DNA of 64,000 bases from Candidatus Magasanikiibacteriota bacterium (GTDB lineage: Bacteria; Patescibacteriota; Patescibacteriia; Magasanikbacterales; UBA922). The notes below the pieces were generated by a model. That model did no database searches, was not told the DNA's origin, and worked only from the letters and a program-made list of their open reading frames with translations. The stretch is from positions 3,634 to 67,633 of the forward strand of contig WJJZ01000001.1 in NCBI GenBank assembly GCA_014729395.1, given 5' to 3'. Position numbers and translations under genes: made by a program. Below, piece after piece: positions 37,582 to 47,657 of this stretch (the first letter of the stretch is position 1; each line of letters starts with the position of its first letter).

Positions 37582-38853
37582 TTAGACACGATCATATTCG
37601 TGCATAGTGATTTGAGCATCAATTTGTTTGGCACTTTCAATCGCAACACTAACTACGATAAGCAAGCTGGTACCACCAATGACAAGTGATTGAGACTGAG
37701 TCACGGTTTGGAGCAATAGAGGTAAAACTGCGATTAAACCCAAAAATAACGCACCAACAAACACCAAGCGAGTCATAGTTTTTTGTAAGTATTCTTCAGT
37801 TTGCCTACCGGGTCGAATTCCAGGTATAAAAGCACCTTGTCTTTGTAAATTTTCAGCAATTTTCTGCGGATGGAAAATAACAGCTGTATAAAAATAAGTA
37901 AAACCAAACACCAGCAAAAAATATAAAGCTCCATAAAAAAACTGATTTGCAAAAAGATTCACAACCCCATTAGCCAATGAACCAACCCACCCGGGGTAAG
38001 TAATAAAAAACTGAGCAATCATTGAAGGAAAAATTATTATCGAAATGGCAAATATGATAGGAATTACTCCGGCCATATTCACTCTTAGCGGTAAATGACT
38101 CTTTGCACCACCACCAATTCTACTGCCTCTGATTTGTTTTGCATAACTAATAGGTATATTCCTTTGTCCCTCACTAATAATAACCACCGCTACCACCGTT
38201 ATTACGGCAACGGCAATGAATAATACATATGTAAATAAATCCGCGGGATTGTAATTTACAATCGCATTCTGAACAGCACCCGGTAATGCAGCAATTATGC
38301 CGGCAAAAATTAATAACGAAATCCCATTACCAACACCCTTTTCACTTATCAACTCGCCTATCCACATTAAAAATATAGTACCCGCAGTAATGGTAATTAT
38401 GATCGAAGCAATTTTAAAAGTATTCAAATCACCTAAAATATCATACTGAGACTGGCTCAACAATTTAATCATTGCAAAAGCTTGTAACACCGCCAGTGGC
38501 ACTGTCGATAATCTGGTATACATACTGATTTTCTGCTGACCTGACTCACCCTCTTTTTGCATTTCTTCCAATTTGGGTATAACCATTGTCAATAGTTGAA
38601 AAATAATCGAAGCGGTAATATATGGTGCTACCCCAAGCATTACAATCGAAAAATTTTCCATAGTACCACCTGAAAAAATATTCAAAAGACCCAATATTTG
38701 ATTACCCTCCAAAAAACTACGCAGGTTCTCAACATTTACTCCGGGGATCGGTACGTGTGCAGCAGCTCTAAAAATAACAAGCATCCCTAAAACAAAAAGG
38801 ATGCGGTTTCGCAAATCTTTAATTTTCCAAATACGTTGAAACTTTTCCCACAT
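37582..38853 (-). CDS. secY: preprotein translocase subunit SecY
   Basis: 423 aa, 10 TM helices, typical SecY sequence. Confidence 0.95.
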   Translation of the reverse strand: MWEKFQRIWKIKDLRNRILFVLGMLVIFRAAAHVPIPGVNVENLRSFLEGNQILGLLNIFSGGTMENFSIVMLGVAPYITASIIFQLLTMVIPKLEEMQKEGESGQQKISMYTRLSTVPLAVLQAFAMIKLLSQSQYDILGDLNTFKIASIIITITAGTIFLMWIGELISEKGVGNGISLLIFAGIIAALPGAVQNAIVNYNPADLFTYVLFIAVAVITVVAVVIISEGQRNIPISYAKQIRGSRIGGGAKSHLPLRVNMAGVIPIIFAISIIIFPSMIAQFFITYPGWVGSLANGVVNLFANQFFYGALYFLLVFGFTYFYTAVIFHPQKIAENLQRQGAFIPGIRPGRQTEEYLQKTMTRLVFVGALFLGLIAVLPLLLQTVTQSQSLVIGGTSLLIVVSVAIESAKQIDAQITMHEYDRV

Positions 38854-38863
38854 ATTGTTACAG

Positions 38864-38941
38864 ATTACGGATGAAACTAATTTACTGATTTACGAATCTT
38901 TAAAATGTATCCGTAAATCAGTTTCATCAGTAATCCGTAAT
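38864..38941. repeat. intergenic inverted repeat (ATTACGGATGAAACTAATTTACTGATTTACG / ATCCGTAAATCAGTTTCATCAGTAATCCGTAAT) between rplO and secY
   Basis: Two ~30-bp arms that are near-exact reverse complements, separated by AATCTTTAAAATGT. A related ...CAGTAATCCGT... motif lies at 41552-41576. Confidence 0.55.
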
Positions 38942-38954
38942 TTTTAATCCGTAA

Positions 38955-39395
38955 TTAAAAAATAATCTTACTTCCGCTCTTCTCTATTAATTCTATCGCT
39001 TTTTTGGTGGCAAGACAACCCTTGATTATAATTTTCTTCTTCAAATCACCATTAGCCAATATTTTTACTCCATTTTTGGGTCGGCTTATTAAACCTTTAC
39101 TCTTTAAAGAATAAGGTGTTACCAATTCACCATCTTTAAAATTTTTATCCAAGTCAGACAAAGATACGGTTTCCTTTTTTGGTTGACGACTATTAAACCC
39201 CCTCACTTTGGGAATTTTTTGCAGTGACTGTTTAAAACCACGCATCTTTGTACCGCTTTTTCCTCCGGATCTCGCTCTCTGTCCTTTCAAACCACGACCT
39301 GAATAAGTCCCTTTGCCTGAAGAATTTCCTCTACCGACCCTTTTCTTTGTTTTTTTTGAGTCAGTTGATTTAATTTTATGTAATTCTATTGCCAT
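38955..39395 (-). CDS. rplO: 50S ribosomal protein L15
   Basis: KRVGRGNSSGKGTYSGRGLKGQ... is typical of L15. Confidence 0.9.
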   Translation of the reverse strand: MAIELHKIKSTDSKKTKKRVGRGNSSGKGTYSGRGLKGQRARSGGKSGTKMRGFKQSLQKIPKVRGFNSRQPKKETVSLSDLDKNFKDGELVTPYSLKSKGLISRPKNGVKILANGDLKKKIIIKGCLATKKAIELIEKSGSKIIF

Positions 39396-39427
39396 AGTCT
39401 TAATTTATCTTATCAATTACAGAAATA

Positions 39428-40009
39428 TTACTTTTTTTCTTGTTTCTCTTTTTTTTCATCTTTTTTAATTTTTTTCTCTGTCTGATTCTTTTTTTGCTTT
39501 TTTACTTTATTTTTCGTTATAGTTTCCTTCGCTTTTGGCAAAAATGATTCCAAACAAACAAAAGTAGCTTTAATATTATTTATTTTATTATTGGTTTTAC
39601 CAAGAATTTTAGCAGAAGCATTCGGTACACCGGCCAATTCCAAAACAACCCTCACTGAGCTACCGGCTATTACACCGCTACCGCGAGGAGCCGGTTTTAG
39701 CATGACTTTGGCTGCGCTGTATTTTCCATCTACGCGGTGTGGAATACTATCATTCACTATTGGTACTCTTATCATGTTTTTCTTTGCTTTGTTCACCGCT
39801 TTTTCAACAGCAATTTGTACATCTTTGCCTTTGTCCACTCCATACCCAACTCTGCCTTTATGATCACCAATTACCACACAGGCTCTAAAACTTAGTTGTT
39901 TACCACCTTTTGTTACCCTGGTAACGCGCGCCAAATCAACGATTTGTTGGTCAAATTCTGGTTTTTCTCTTTTTCTTCTTCGTTTTCCTTTACCTTTATG
40001 GAACGCCAT
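39428..40009 (-). CDS. rpsE: 30S ribosomal protein S5 with K-rich C-terminal tail
   Basis: S5 dsRBD and core (VTRVTKGGKQLSFRACVVIGDHKGRVGYG). Directly followed 32 bp later by rplO, with no L30 gene. Confidence 0.9.
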   Translation of the reverse strand: MAFHKGKGKRRRKREKPEFDQQIVDLARVTRVTKGGKQLSFRACVVIGDHKGRVGYGVDKGKDVQIAVEKAVNKAKKNMIRVPIVNDSIPHRVDGKYSAAKVMLKPAPRGSGVIAGSSVRVVLELAGVPNASAKILGKTNNKINNIKATFVCLESFLPKAKETITKNKVKKQKKNQTEKKIKKDEKKEKQEKK

Positions 40010-40035
40010 AAACTATTATTATATTACTAATTTTT

Positions 40036-40416
40036 TTAAAAAATTAAGCCACCGTCTCTAGCTCCATCAGCTGCCGCTTTAACTCTCCCGTGATATCTGT
40101 TCCCGGATCTATCAAAGACGATTTTTTCAATACCAATTTTTTTTGCCTTCTCAGCTATTGCTTTGCCAAGCAAATATGCTTGTGCAACTTTGGTCGTTTT
40201 ACCCTCCACTTTGGCATTTTTCTTTATATCTTTTTTGGAGTTAACACTAGCTAAAGTCTTCATTTTTTCATCATCTATCAACTGAATATACATACCTTGC
40301 AAAGTCCTGGAAACTGCCATTCTTGGAATATCTGAAGTACCGGATATTTCAGCTCTAATCCTCTTTTTTCTACTTATCTTTTTATCTCTTTTTTCTTCAA
40401 TTCTTTTATTTTTCAT
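40036..40416 (-). CDS. rplR: 50S ribosomal protein L18
   Basis: L18 sequence. spc operon position. Confidence 0.9.
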   Translation of the reverse strand: MKNKRIEEKRDKKISRKKRIRAEISGTSDIPRMAVSRTLQGMYIQLIDDEKMKTLASVNSKKDIKKNAKVEGKTTKVAQAYLLGKAIAEKAKKIGIEKIVFDRSGNRYHGRVKAAADGARDGGLIF

Positions 40417-40428
40417 ATAATTATTTTA

Positions 40429-40974
40429 CTATTCAGCTGTCTTAGCCGCTTTACCGGCTTTTCTCCTGATTATTTCATCCATATACTTAATGCCCTTTCC
40501 TTTGTATGGTTCCGGTTTTCTAATTGATCTGATTTCGGCTACAGCCCTACCCAATGCTTCTTTGTCCGGACTTTCCAAAGTAATTACATTTTTTTCTACA
40601 GACGCTGATACTTTTTCATCTAACTTATATAATACCGGATGGGAATAACCAACTTCCAATTTCAAATCCTTACCCTGCATTGCCACTTTATAACCCACAC
40701 CATTAACTTCCAGTTGCTTTTTAAAGCCTTCAGTGACACCCTCAATCATATTTTTTATATGAGAAGCATAAGTACCCCAAAGTGATCTTTCCTTTTTATT
40801 CTCTTCATTCTCAACTCTTACCTTGACCTCATTATCTTCAACACTGATTTTTACCAAATCATTTAAATCTCTTTCAAGTTCGCCTTTCGGTCCTTTTACC
40901 ACAATTCGGCCGTCTTTTATATCAACGGTTACACCATTTGGTATTTCAATTTTCTGTTTGCCTATTCTAGACAT
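40429..40974 (-). CDS. rplF: 50S ribosomal protein L6
   Basis: MSRIGKQKIEIPNGVTV... Start placed at the internal Met. The ORF track extends to 41016. Confidence 0.9.
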   Translation of the reverse strand: MSRIGKQKIEIPNGVTVDIKDGRIVVKGPKGELERDLNDLVKISVEDNEVKVRVENEENKKERSLWGTYASHIKNMIEGVTEGFKKQLEVNGVGYKVAMQGKDLKLEVGYSHPVLYKLDEKVSASVEKNVITLESPDKEALGRAVAEIRSIRKPEPYKGKGIKYMDEIIRRKAGKAAKTAE

Positions 40975-41063
40975 ATTTTCATTATTACTGTTTTTTACAC
41001 AAATTACACTGAGCAAATGATTATTAAATCAATAATCCTACCTAATCAGTATAATCTGTGTTA

Positions 41064-41453
41064 TTAATAAACTGAACAAATAACCTCACCGCCGACTTTT
41101 TTACTACGAGCTTCTTTGTCTGTCATCAAACCGAAAGAGGTAGATATCACAGCCGTACCATAACCGTTTAGTATGTATGGTATCTCATCTGACTTTTTAT
41201 ATACTCTATGTCCGGGTTTGCTTACTCTTTGCAAATCACTAATATAAGGTTTCTTGTCTTTATATTTTAATCCGATTTTAATTATTTTTCTCGATTCACC
41301 CAACACTTCTACAGAATCCAGGTAACCCTCTCTACTCAAAATTTCAGCGATATTTTTCTTTAAATTCGAAAAAGGAATTTCAACAAAAGACTTATGCACC
41401 ATTTGTGCATTCCTTATGCGTGTTAACATGTCAGCAATTGGATCGGTCATCAT
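41064..41453 (-). CDS. rpsH: 30S ribosomal protein S8
   Basis: MMTDPIADMLTRIRNAQ... is typical of S8. Confidence 0.9.
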   Translation of the reverse strand: MMTDPIADMLTRIRNAQMVHKSFVEIPFSNLKKNIAEILSREGYLDSVEVLGESRKIIKIGLKYKDKKPYISDLQRVSKPGHRVYKKSDEIPYILNGYGTAVISTSFGLMTDKEARSKKVGGEVICSVY

Positions 41454-41579
41454 AATAGTTTATTTTAGTTGATAGTTTTAATTAATTAATTACAAATTAC
41501 TGATAATACTGATTTACACCCGCCTGCATATACAGGAATAGTTGAATCTACGGTAAAACAGTTTGATCAGTAATCCGTC

Positions 41580-41765
41580 TTACCAGCTTGACTTTCGTAC
41601 TCCCGGTAACTTTCCATCATTGGCCAATTCTCTAAAACAAATACGACATAGGCCAAATTTTCTCATATAAGCTCTTTTTCTACCACACTTCCAACATCTC
41701 CTCACTATTCTGGTGCTGAATTTGGGTTTCTTATTAGATTTTGCTATTTGTGCTTTGGTAGCCAT
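41580..41765 (-). CDS. rpsN: 30S ribosomal protein S14 (zinc-binding type Z)
   Basis: 61 aa with the [23 protein letters not shown] Cys4 motif. Confidence 0.9.
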   Translation of the reverse strand: MATKAQIAKSNKKPKFSTRIVRRCWKCGRKRAYMRKFGLCRICFRELANDGKLPGVRKSSW

Positions 41766-41778
41766 AATTATTATTTTT

Positions 41779-42324
41779 TTATTTTTTCTTAAACGGAAAA
41801 CCTAACTTTTCCAGCAACGTTTTGGCTTCTTTTTTATTTTCAGCGCTTGTACACACAACCACTTCCAAACCATGGATATTATCCACCGCATCAGTATCAA
41901 TCTCCGGGAAAGCGATATTCTCTTTAAAGCCGATTGTATAATTTCCTTGTTCATCAAAACTTTTTGGGTTGATTCCTCTAAAATCACGAACGCGAGGTAA
42001 TGTTACACTAACCAATTTATCAACAAAATCATACATTTTTTTACCACGCAAAGTAACAGACGCACCCACATTCATTCCCTCTCTTATTTTAAAATTGGAA
42101 ATCGATTTTTTTGCTTTATTATGAATAGGTTTTTGTCCGGTTATAAGTTTAATTGTTTCCTCGACATTATCAACATAAGCTTTATCTTTCACATGCCTGC
42201 CATAACCAACATTTACCACAACCTTTTCCAATTTTGGCACTTCCATTGCATTTTTATAACCATACTCCTTTATGAGAGCCGGTACAATATTTTTTTTGTA
42301 TTCTTTATATAATCTAGAACTCAT
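41779..42324 (-). CDS. rplE: 50S ribosomal protein L5
   Basis: L5 sequence and position. Confidence 0.9.
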   Translation of the reverse strand: MSSRLYKEYKKNIVPALIKEYGYKNAMEVPKLEKVVVNVGYGRHVKDKAYVDNVEETIKLITGQKPIHNKAKKSISNFKIREGMNVGASVTLRGKKMYDFVDKLVSVTLPRVRDFRGINPKSFDEQGNYTIGFKENIAFPEIDTDAVDNIHGLEVVVCTSAENKKEAKTLLEKLGFPFKKK

Positions 42325-42329
42325 AACAA

Positions 42330-42653
42330 TTAATCTAAAAATTCACCGCTTTTTTTACTAACCCTTTTCATTTCTTTACCTTCTTTTTTAAAACCAACTC
42401 TGGTTGCCTTATTAATTTTAGGGTCAATCAACATGACATTACTAATATGCAAAGGAGCGGATAACTCAATAATTTGACCCTTCTCAGATCTCTGACTGGG
42501 TCTCATGTGTTTTTTTAATTTATTAATTCCTTCCACCACAACATAAACCTGATTGGTTTTTTTATTTTTCATAACCTGAATAACCTTGCCGGTTTTTCCG
42601 CGATCTTTTCCACTCAATACTTTTACATTGTCACCTGTTTTTATTTTCATCAT
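42330..42653 (-). CDS. rplX: 50S ribosomal protein L24
   Basis: KIKTGDNVKVLSGKDRGKTGKV KOW motif. Confidence 0.9.
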   Translation of the reverse strand: MMKIKTGDNVKVLSGKDRGKTGKVIQVMKNKKTNQVYVVVEGINKLKKHMRPSQRSEKGQIIELSAPLHISNVMLIDPKINKATRVGFKKEGKEMKRVSKKSGEFLD

Positions 42654-42674
42654 ACTAATATTGTCTGATTCATT

Positions 42675-43046
42675 TTATAAAACCTCCGGTGCCAGAGACA
42701 CAATTTTTCTGAATCCTTTTGTTCTTAATTCTCTGGCAACAGGACCGAATATTCTGGTAGCTTTCGGCTCTTTTGTTTCTTTGTCTATAACAACAGCTGC
42801 ATTTTCATCAAATCTGATATAAGTCCCGTCTTTACGTCTGCTTTCTTTTTTTGTTCTCACAATAACAGCATGGACCACTTCTCCCTTTTTTACAGTTCCT
42901 CTGGGTGCGGCTTCTTTTACAGAACAAGTTACAACATCGCCTATTTTAGCATATCTTTTCCTATATCCTCCCAATACCCTAATACACATAAGCTTTTTAG
43001 CTCCGCTATTGTCTGCAACTTTTAGAATCGATCTATGCTGAATCAT
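42675..43046 (-). CDS. rplN: 50S ribosomal protein L14
   Basis: [18 protein letters not shown]... is typical of L14. Confidence 0.95.
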   Translation of the reverse strand: MIQHRSILKVADNSGAKKLMCIRVLGGYRKRYAKIGDVVTCSVKEAAPRGTVKKGEVVHAVIVRTKKESRRKDGTYIRFDENAAVVIDKETKEPKATRIFGPVARELRTKGFRKIVSLAPEVL

Positions 43047-43057
43047 ATCTTACAAAA

Positions 43058-43327
43058 TTATTTATTTTTTTTAACAATTTTAATTAATCTCCACCTCTTT
43101 GTCTTACTAATCGGTCTGCATTCTTCAAATAATACAATATCACCGACACCGGCCTCTTGTTTTTCATCATGTACGGGATATTTATCATCAACTCTGTACT
43201 GTTTTTCGTATTTGCTATGCCATTTTTTCTTGCTCACCAAAACATTGATTGTTTTGTTTCCCTTTGTTGAAACAACCTCGCCCTGATGCTGTCTTTTAAT
43301 TATTTTTTTGTCGTCGTCTTTTGTCAT
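43058..43327 (-). CDS. rpsQ: 30S ribosomal protein S17
   Basis: S17 OB-fold sequence and position after rpmC. Confidence 0.9.
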   Translation of the reverse strand: MTKDDDKKIIKRQHQGEVVSTKGNKTINVLVSKKKWHSKYEKQYRVDDKYPVHDEKQEAGVGDIVLFEECRPISKTKRWRLIKIVKKNK

Positions 43328-43329
43328 AA

Positions 43330-43581
43330 TTATTTTTTATCTTTTTCATTATTTTCTTTGTTGGTTTCAATCACTTTTTTCTGTTTTTGCTCTCCTCTTT
43401 GTCTCATTTTCAGCATTGTTAAAATTCTTGCAACTGTTTTTTTTGCCTGTTTTATCTTTGACGGATCTTTCAACTGCCTTTCACTGGCTTTGAAGTATAA
43501 CTCACGCACCAGTTCTCTTTTCTCGTGTAGTAAATCCCGTAATTCTTTTTCAGTTTTATATTGTAAATCTTCAAATTCCAT
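43330..43581 (-). CDS. rpmC: 50S ribosomal protein L29 with K-rich C-terminal tail
   Basis: L29 helix-rich N-terminal 60 aa, then a KKVIETNKENNEKDKK tail. Confidence 0.85.
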   Translation of the reverse strand: MEFEDLQYKTEKELRDLLHEKRELVRELYFKASERQLKDPSKIKQAKKTVARILTMLKMRQRGEQKQKKVIETNKENNEKDKK

Positions 43582-43583
43582 AT

Positions 43584-43997
43584 TTATTGTCTAGTAACAA
43601 ATTTTACTTTAACCGGAAGCTTATGTCCTGCAAGCGTCATAGCTTCTCTGGCTTTTTCTTCGGGAATTCCGCCCATTTCAAACATAACTGTCCCCGGTTT
43701 TACGGTGCAGACATATCTATCAGGCGCGCCTTTACCACCGCCCATAGGTAACTCATTACCCTTTTTTGTAACCGGACGATCGGGAAAAATTCTTATCCAA
43801 ATTTTACCACCTCTTCTAACGTATCTTGTCATTACACGCCTGGCAGCTTCAATTTGCCTGGAACTGACCCATGCATGGCCTAATGATTTTAAGCCATAAG
43901 ATCCGAAAGATACGGTGTTGGTTCTACTGGCTACACCTTTATTTCTTCTTCTCAATTTATGCCATTTTCTATGTTTTACTTTTTTTGGTATCAACAT
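43584..43997 (-). CDS. rplP: 50S ribosomal protein L16
   Basis: [14 protein letters not shown]... is typical of L16. Confidence 0.95.
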   Translation of the reverse strand: MLIPKKVKHRKWHKLRRRNKGVASRTNTVSFGSYGLKSLGHAWVSSRQIEAARRVMTRYVRRGGKIWIRIFPDRPVTKKGNELPMGGGKGAPDRYVCTVKPGTVMFEMGGIPEEKAREAMTLAGHKLPVKVKFVTRQ

Positions 43998-44001
43998 ATC
44001 A

Positions 44002-44739
44002 TTACTTTCTATTCTGCTTATTTATTTTTTTATTACTCTTTTGTTTGTTTTCTTCAGAATCACTGAATTTATCTTTTCTGCCAAACACTTCCCCATGACA
44101 TATCCAAACTTTAATTCCAATCTTTCCATAAATCGTATGTGCCTCAACAAAAGAATAATCAACATCGCTTCTTAGAGTTATTAGCGGTACCGTTCCGGCT
44201 GATAAAACTTCTGTACGAGCTATTTCCACACCATTCAACCGACCGGACATCATAATTTTAACACCCTTGGCTCCTGCTTTCATTACTCTATCTATTCCCT
44301 GTTTCATTACTCTTCTAAAAGGAATACGTCTTTCTATTTCACTGGCCATACTCTGAGCCATTACAGAAGATGATAAAGCCGGTGATCTAACCTCTTTTAT
44401 ATTCAATTTCACTTTTAAAGACATTTGCAAAAATTTCCTTTCGATATGTTTACGAACCATCTCCAAGCCTTGCCCACCGCGTCCAATTATGAAACCGGGT
44501 TTAGCAGCAAATATGGTTATTTTCATATTTTTGGGACCTCGTTCAATTCCAATCGAATCAATATGCGCATCCTTGAATTTTTTCATCAAAAATTCACGGA
44601 TACGAATATCCTGCTCGGAATACTTGGCATATTTATCTTTGCTATACCACTTTGAATCCCATGTATATATTACCTGGGTTCTGTGTATTTTTGGATGCAC
44701 TTTATGTCCCATAAATATTTTATCTTTCTTTAGTACCAC
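44002..44739 (-). CDS. rpsC: 30S ribosomal protein S3
   Basis: KH plus S3-C domains. C-terminal K-rich tail. Confidence 0.95.
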   Translation of the reverse strand: MVLKKDKIFMGHKVHPKIHRTQVIYTWDSKWYSKDKYAKYSEQDIRIREFLMKKFKDAHIDSIGIERGPKNMKITIFAAKPGFIIGRGGQGLEMVRKHIERKFLQMSLKVKLNIKEVRSPALSSSVMAQSMASEIERRIPFRRVMKQGIDRVMKAGAKGVKIMMSGRLNGVEIARTEVLSAGTVPLITLRSDVDYSFVEAHTIYGKIGIKVWICHGEVFGRKDKFSDSEENKQKSNKKINKQNRK

Positions 44740-44757
44740 TGTACTAGATAGAATTAA

Positions 44758-45237
44758 TTAATTATTTTTTTCTTTGTTATTCTCTTTACTCTCTTTATTC
44801 ACTTTTTTATCTTTCTTCTTATCGCTCTTTTTTTCTTGTTTCTCTTTTTTTTCATCTTTCTTTACATCTTTTTTATCTTTTTTTGATTTTTTTTCTTCAG
44901 CATCTCCCTCTAACACGATTGTTATGTGAGATGTTCTCTTTCTGATAGGGGTCGCTCTACCCATTGCTCTTGGCATCCATCTTTTCAATACCGGCCCACC
45001 ATCGACAAAAGCTTTTTTTATTACTAATGTATCTTTTTTCATTTCATGATTGTGTTCTGCATTTGCAATTGCACTGTTTAAAAGTTTTAAAAGCGGCTTT
45101 GCAGCATCCTTTTTTGAAAACATCAGTTGCTCTATCGCTTTTTCCACTTTCATGCCACGTATAAGATCGGCCAATAGTCTTACTTTTCTTGGTCCTATTC
45201 TTAAAAATCTTAATTTTGCTTGTGTTTGCATTTTCAT
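44758..45237 (-). CDS. rplV: 50S ribosomal protein L22 with K-rich C-terminal tail
   Basis: L22 core through ITIVLEG, then a KKSKKDKKDVKKDEKKEKQ tail. Confidence 0.9.
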   Translation of the reverse strand: MKMQTQAKLRFLRIGPRKVRLLADLIRGMKVEKAIEQLMFSKKDAAKPLLKLLNSAIANAEHNHEMKKDTLVIKKAFVDGGPVLKRWMPRAMGRATPIRKRTSHITIVLEGDAEEKKSKKDKKDVKKDEKKEKQEKKSDKKKDKKVNKESKENNKEKNN

Positions 45238-45239
45238 AA

Positions 45240-45530
45240 TTATTGCATTGGTTTACCCTGCTCTTTTGCCATTTTACCACCATGAACAACAAACTTTCTT
45301 GTTGGGGCAAATTCACCTAATTTATGTCCGACCATGTTTTCTTCTATAAATACATTTAAAAAATCCTTACCATTGTGAACCAAAAAAGTCATACCAACCA
45401 TTTCAGGTGTAATTGTGCTTGCTCTGGCCCATGTTTTAATGGGTTTTCGATCACCTGAATTTTTTGCCTTCTCCACCTTTTTCATCAATTTTTCATCTAC
45501 AAAAGGTCCTTTTTTTAAACTTCTTGACAT
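45240..45530 (-). CDS. rpsS: 30S ribosomal protein S19
   Basis: [19 protein letters not shown]... is typical of S19. Confidence 0.95.
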   Translation of the reverse strand: MSRSLKKGPFVDEKLMKKVEKAKNSGDRKPIKTWARASTITPEMVGMTFLVHNGKDFLNVFIEENMVGHKLGEFAPTRKFVVHGGKMAKEQGKPMQ

Positions 45531-45614
45531 ATTAACATTGATTTATACAGAGTATCGTTGATTACACGGATTTATGTGGATCATTTCAAACCCTGAACTT
45601 GTTTAATCCACACA

Positions 45615-45656
45615 AATCTGTGTAATCTGTGATTTAATCTGTGTAATCTGTGATTT
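45615..45656. repeat. 21-bp tandem repeat x2 (AATCTGTGTAATCTGTGATTT) in the rplB-rpsS spacer, next to a TGTGGAT...ATCCACA inverted repeat
   Basis: Read directly. The 124-bp gap inside the S10 operon is unusual. Confidence 0.55.
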
Positions 45657-46503
45657 ATTTTTTTCTTTTCTTCTTTCTGGGGGATAGAATAAATTTATTG
45701 CTCCATTTTTTCTTATTTCTACTTTTAACACCAAGAGCTTTCTTTCCCCACTTTGTTTTTGGTCCACCACGTAACCCAATCGGAGAATGGCCTTCACCAC
45801 CGCCATGGGGATGATCAACCGGATTCATATTCTTACCCTTAACTGTCGGTCTCCAACCTAATTTTCTTTTTCTACCCGCTTTACCAAGCCTCACCAGCTT
45901 GTGATCGGGATTACTTACTTTGCCCACTGTGGCCATACATTCCTTACTTATCAGTCTAACCTCTCCGGAAGGTAATTTCAACTGTGCGTACTTACCCTCT
46001 ACAACTTGCAACTGAGCTCCATTTCCCGCTCCTCGAACAATTTGTCCGCCGTTTCCGGGGTTTAATTCCACATTATATACAAACATACCAACCGGTATAT
46101 GCTTTAAAGGCATTCTTACACCCAATTCTGCTTCAATCTTTTTTTCTGAACTAATAACTTTGTTCCCAACCTTCATCCCTTCAGCTGCTAAAATATAACT
46201 CTTATTTCCATTTTCATATTTTATCAGGGCAATTCTTGCACCCCTGTTTGGGTCATACTCAATCGACTCAACTATTGCCGGAATATCAAAAATATTACGT
46301 TTAAAATCAATTTTACGATATAATCTTTTTACACCACCACCACGATGCCTAACGGTAATTTTACCCATATTATTTCTTCCGGCCTTTTTCTTTATCGGCG
46401 CAACCAGGGACTTATCCGGTCTTTTTTTTGTTATATCAGAAAAATCCTCAACACTTGCTTTACGTCGTCCGGGTGTGGTTGGTTTGTATTTCTTTACTGC
46501 CAT
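45655..46503 (-). CDS. rplB: 50S ribosomal protein L2
   Basis: L2 sequence (GRNNMGKITVRHRGGG..., HPHGGGEG). Confidence 0.95.
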   Translation of the reverse strand: MAVKKYKPTTPGRRKASVEDFSDITKKRPDKSLVAPIKKKAGRNNMGKITVRHRGGGVKRLYRKIDFKRNIFDIPAIVESIEYDPNRGARIALIKYENGNKSYILAAEGMKVGNKVISSEKKIEAELGVRMPLKHIPVGMFVYNVELNPGNGGQIVRGAGNGAQLQVVEGKYAQLKLPSGEVRLISKECMATVGKVSNPDHKLVRLGKAGRKRKLGWRPTVKGKNMNPVDHPHGGGEGHSPIGLRGGPKTKWGKKALGVKSRNKKKWSNKFILSPRKKKRKK

Positions 46504-46521
46504 ATTATATTAAACAATACT

Positions 46522-47004
46522 TTATACACCTTCATGAATATTTATGCTTTGTCCTTCAGCTAATGTTATAATAGCTTTTTTCCAATCACTTCTTTTTCCG
46601 GAATATCTTCCAAATCTAACCGTCTTTCCTTCCATATTCATTACTCTTACTTTCTTGGGGGTTATTCCGTATATTTGTTCGATTGCTCTTTTAATATCAA
46701 ACTTGTTAGCTGTTCTATGGACTACAAAAGTATAAACACCTTTTGATTCCAAACCGGCGGCCTTTTCGCTTATTACAGGTCTAATCAAAATTTTATAGGC
46801 GTTTCCTTTTTTGGATTTCTTTACGGTTTTTTTCTTCGCTGTTTTTTTGCTTTTTTTCTGATCAGTCGGCTTACTAGACTTTGTCTTTGTGTGTTCTTTT
46901 TTCTTAGAGGCAACTTTTTTCTCAACCTCTTTTTTAGAACCGTCTTCAACTTCCTCCAACTGTCTTTTTTTTAATTTCTTTGTCCACTTATTTAAAAAAC
47001 TCAT
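46522..47004 (-). CDS. rplW: 50S ribosomal protein L23 with ~65-aa K-rich N-terminal extension
   Basis: L23 core (YKILIRPVISEKA...) preceded by a low-complexity KKEVEKKVASKKKEHTKTK lead. Confidence 0.9.
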   Translation of the reverse strand: MSFLNKWTKKLKKRQLEEVEDGSKKEVEKKVASKKKEHTKTKSSKPTDQKKSKKTAKKKTVKKSKKGNAYKILIRPVISEKAAGLESKGVYTFVVHRTANKFDIKRAIEQIYGITPKKVRVMNMEGKTVRFGRYSGKRSDWKKAIITLAEGQSINIHEGV

Positions 47005-47006
47005 AC

Positions 47007-47648
47007 TTACTTATTATTTTTTTCTGAAAATCTTTCCTCTAAAACTTTTACAGCTTTTTTGTCCAAAATTAAATATTGATGATGCAATAAATCAATTATA
47101 TTTACATCCTGAACTCTTTTTACTTCAATATTCGGGATATTTCTTACAGATCTTATTAATTTTTCATCCTTTTTATCAACTAAAATCGCAGTCTTTTTTC
47201 CGACAGAAGGTAACTTATTCAGTACATCAGCTACAGTCTTTGTCTTTCCGTCAAATTTAATCTGTTCCATTATAATCAATTTATCATTCGACACTTTATC
47301 TGACAGACACATCCTGGTAGCAATACTTTTTAATTTTCTATTTATTTTTTTCTTAAAATTTCTGGCTTTTAACGGACCAAAAGTCACACCACCACCAGAC
47401 CACAAAGGAGACCTGATTGAACCATGTCTGGCTCTACCGGTACCTTTTTGCCTCCACGGTTTTCTACCACCACCACGCACTTCAGACCTATCTTTGGCGT
47501 GAGCTAATTTTTGACGTCTATTTGACATGGCTGCAGAATAAACCTGATGTACTACCAACTCTTTTACTTTCTGACCAAAAACAAAATCGCTAAGCTTAAC
47601 ACTTCCTTTTTCATTTCCCTCTAGATTGTAAATCTTAACTTCTGCCAT
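47007..47648 (-). CDS. rplD: 50S ribosomal protein L4
   Basis: L4 sequence and position. Confidence 0.9.
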   Translation of the reverse strand: MAEVKIYNLEGNEKGSVKLSDFVFGQKVKELVVHQVYSAAMSNRRQKLAHAKDRSEVRGGGRKPWRQKGTGRARHGSIRSPLWSGGGVTFGPLKARNFKKKINRKLKSIATRMCLSDKVSNDKLIIMEQIKFDGKTKTVADVLNKLPSVGKKTAILVDKKDEKLIRSVRNIPNIEVKRVQDVNIIDLLHHQYLILDKKAVKVLEERFSEKNNK

Positions 47649-47657
47649 AACATTTAT

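Noticed and set aside
45603-45818. 71-aa ORF 45603-45818 (-)
   Set aside because: Overlaps the 3' end of rplB in another frame and runs through the tandem repeat. No independent support.
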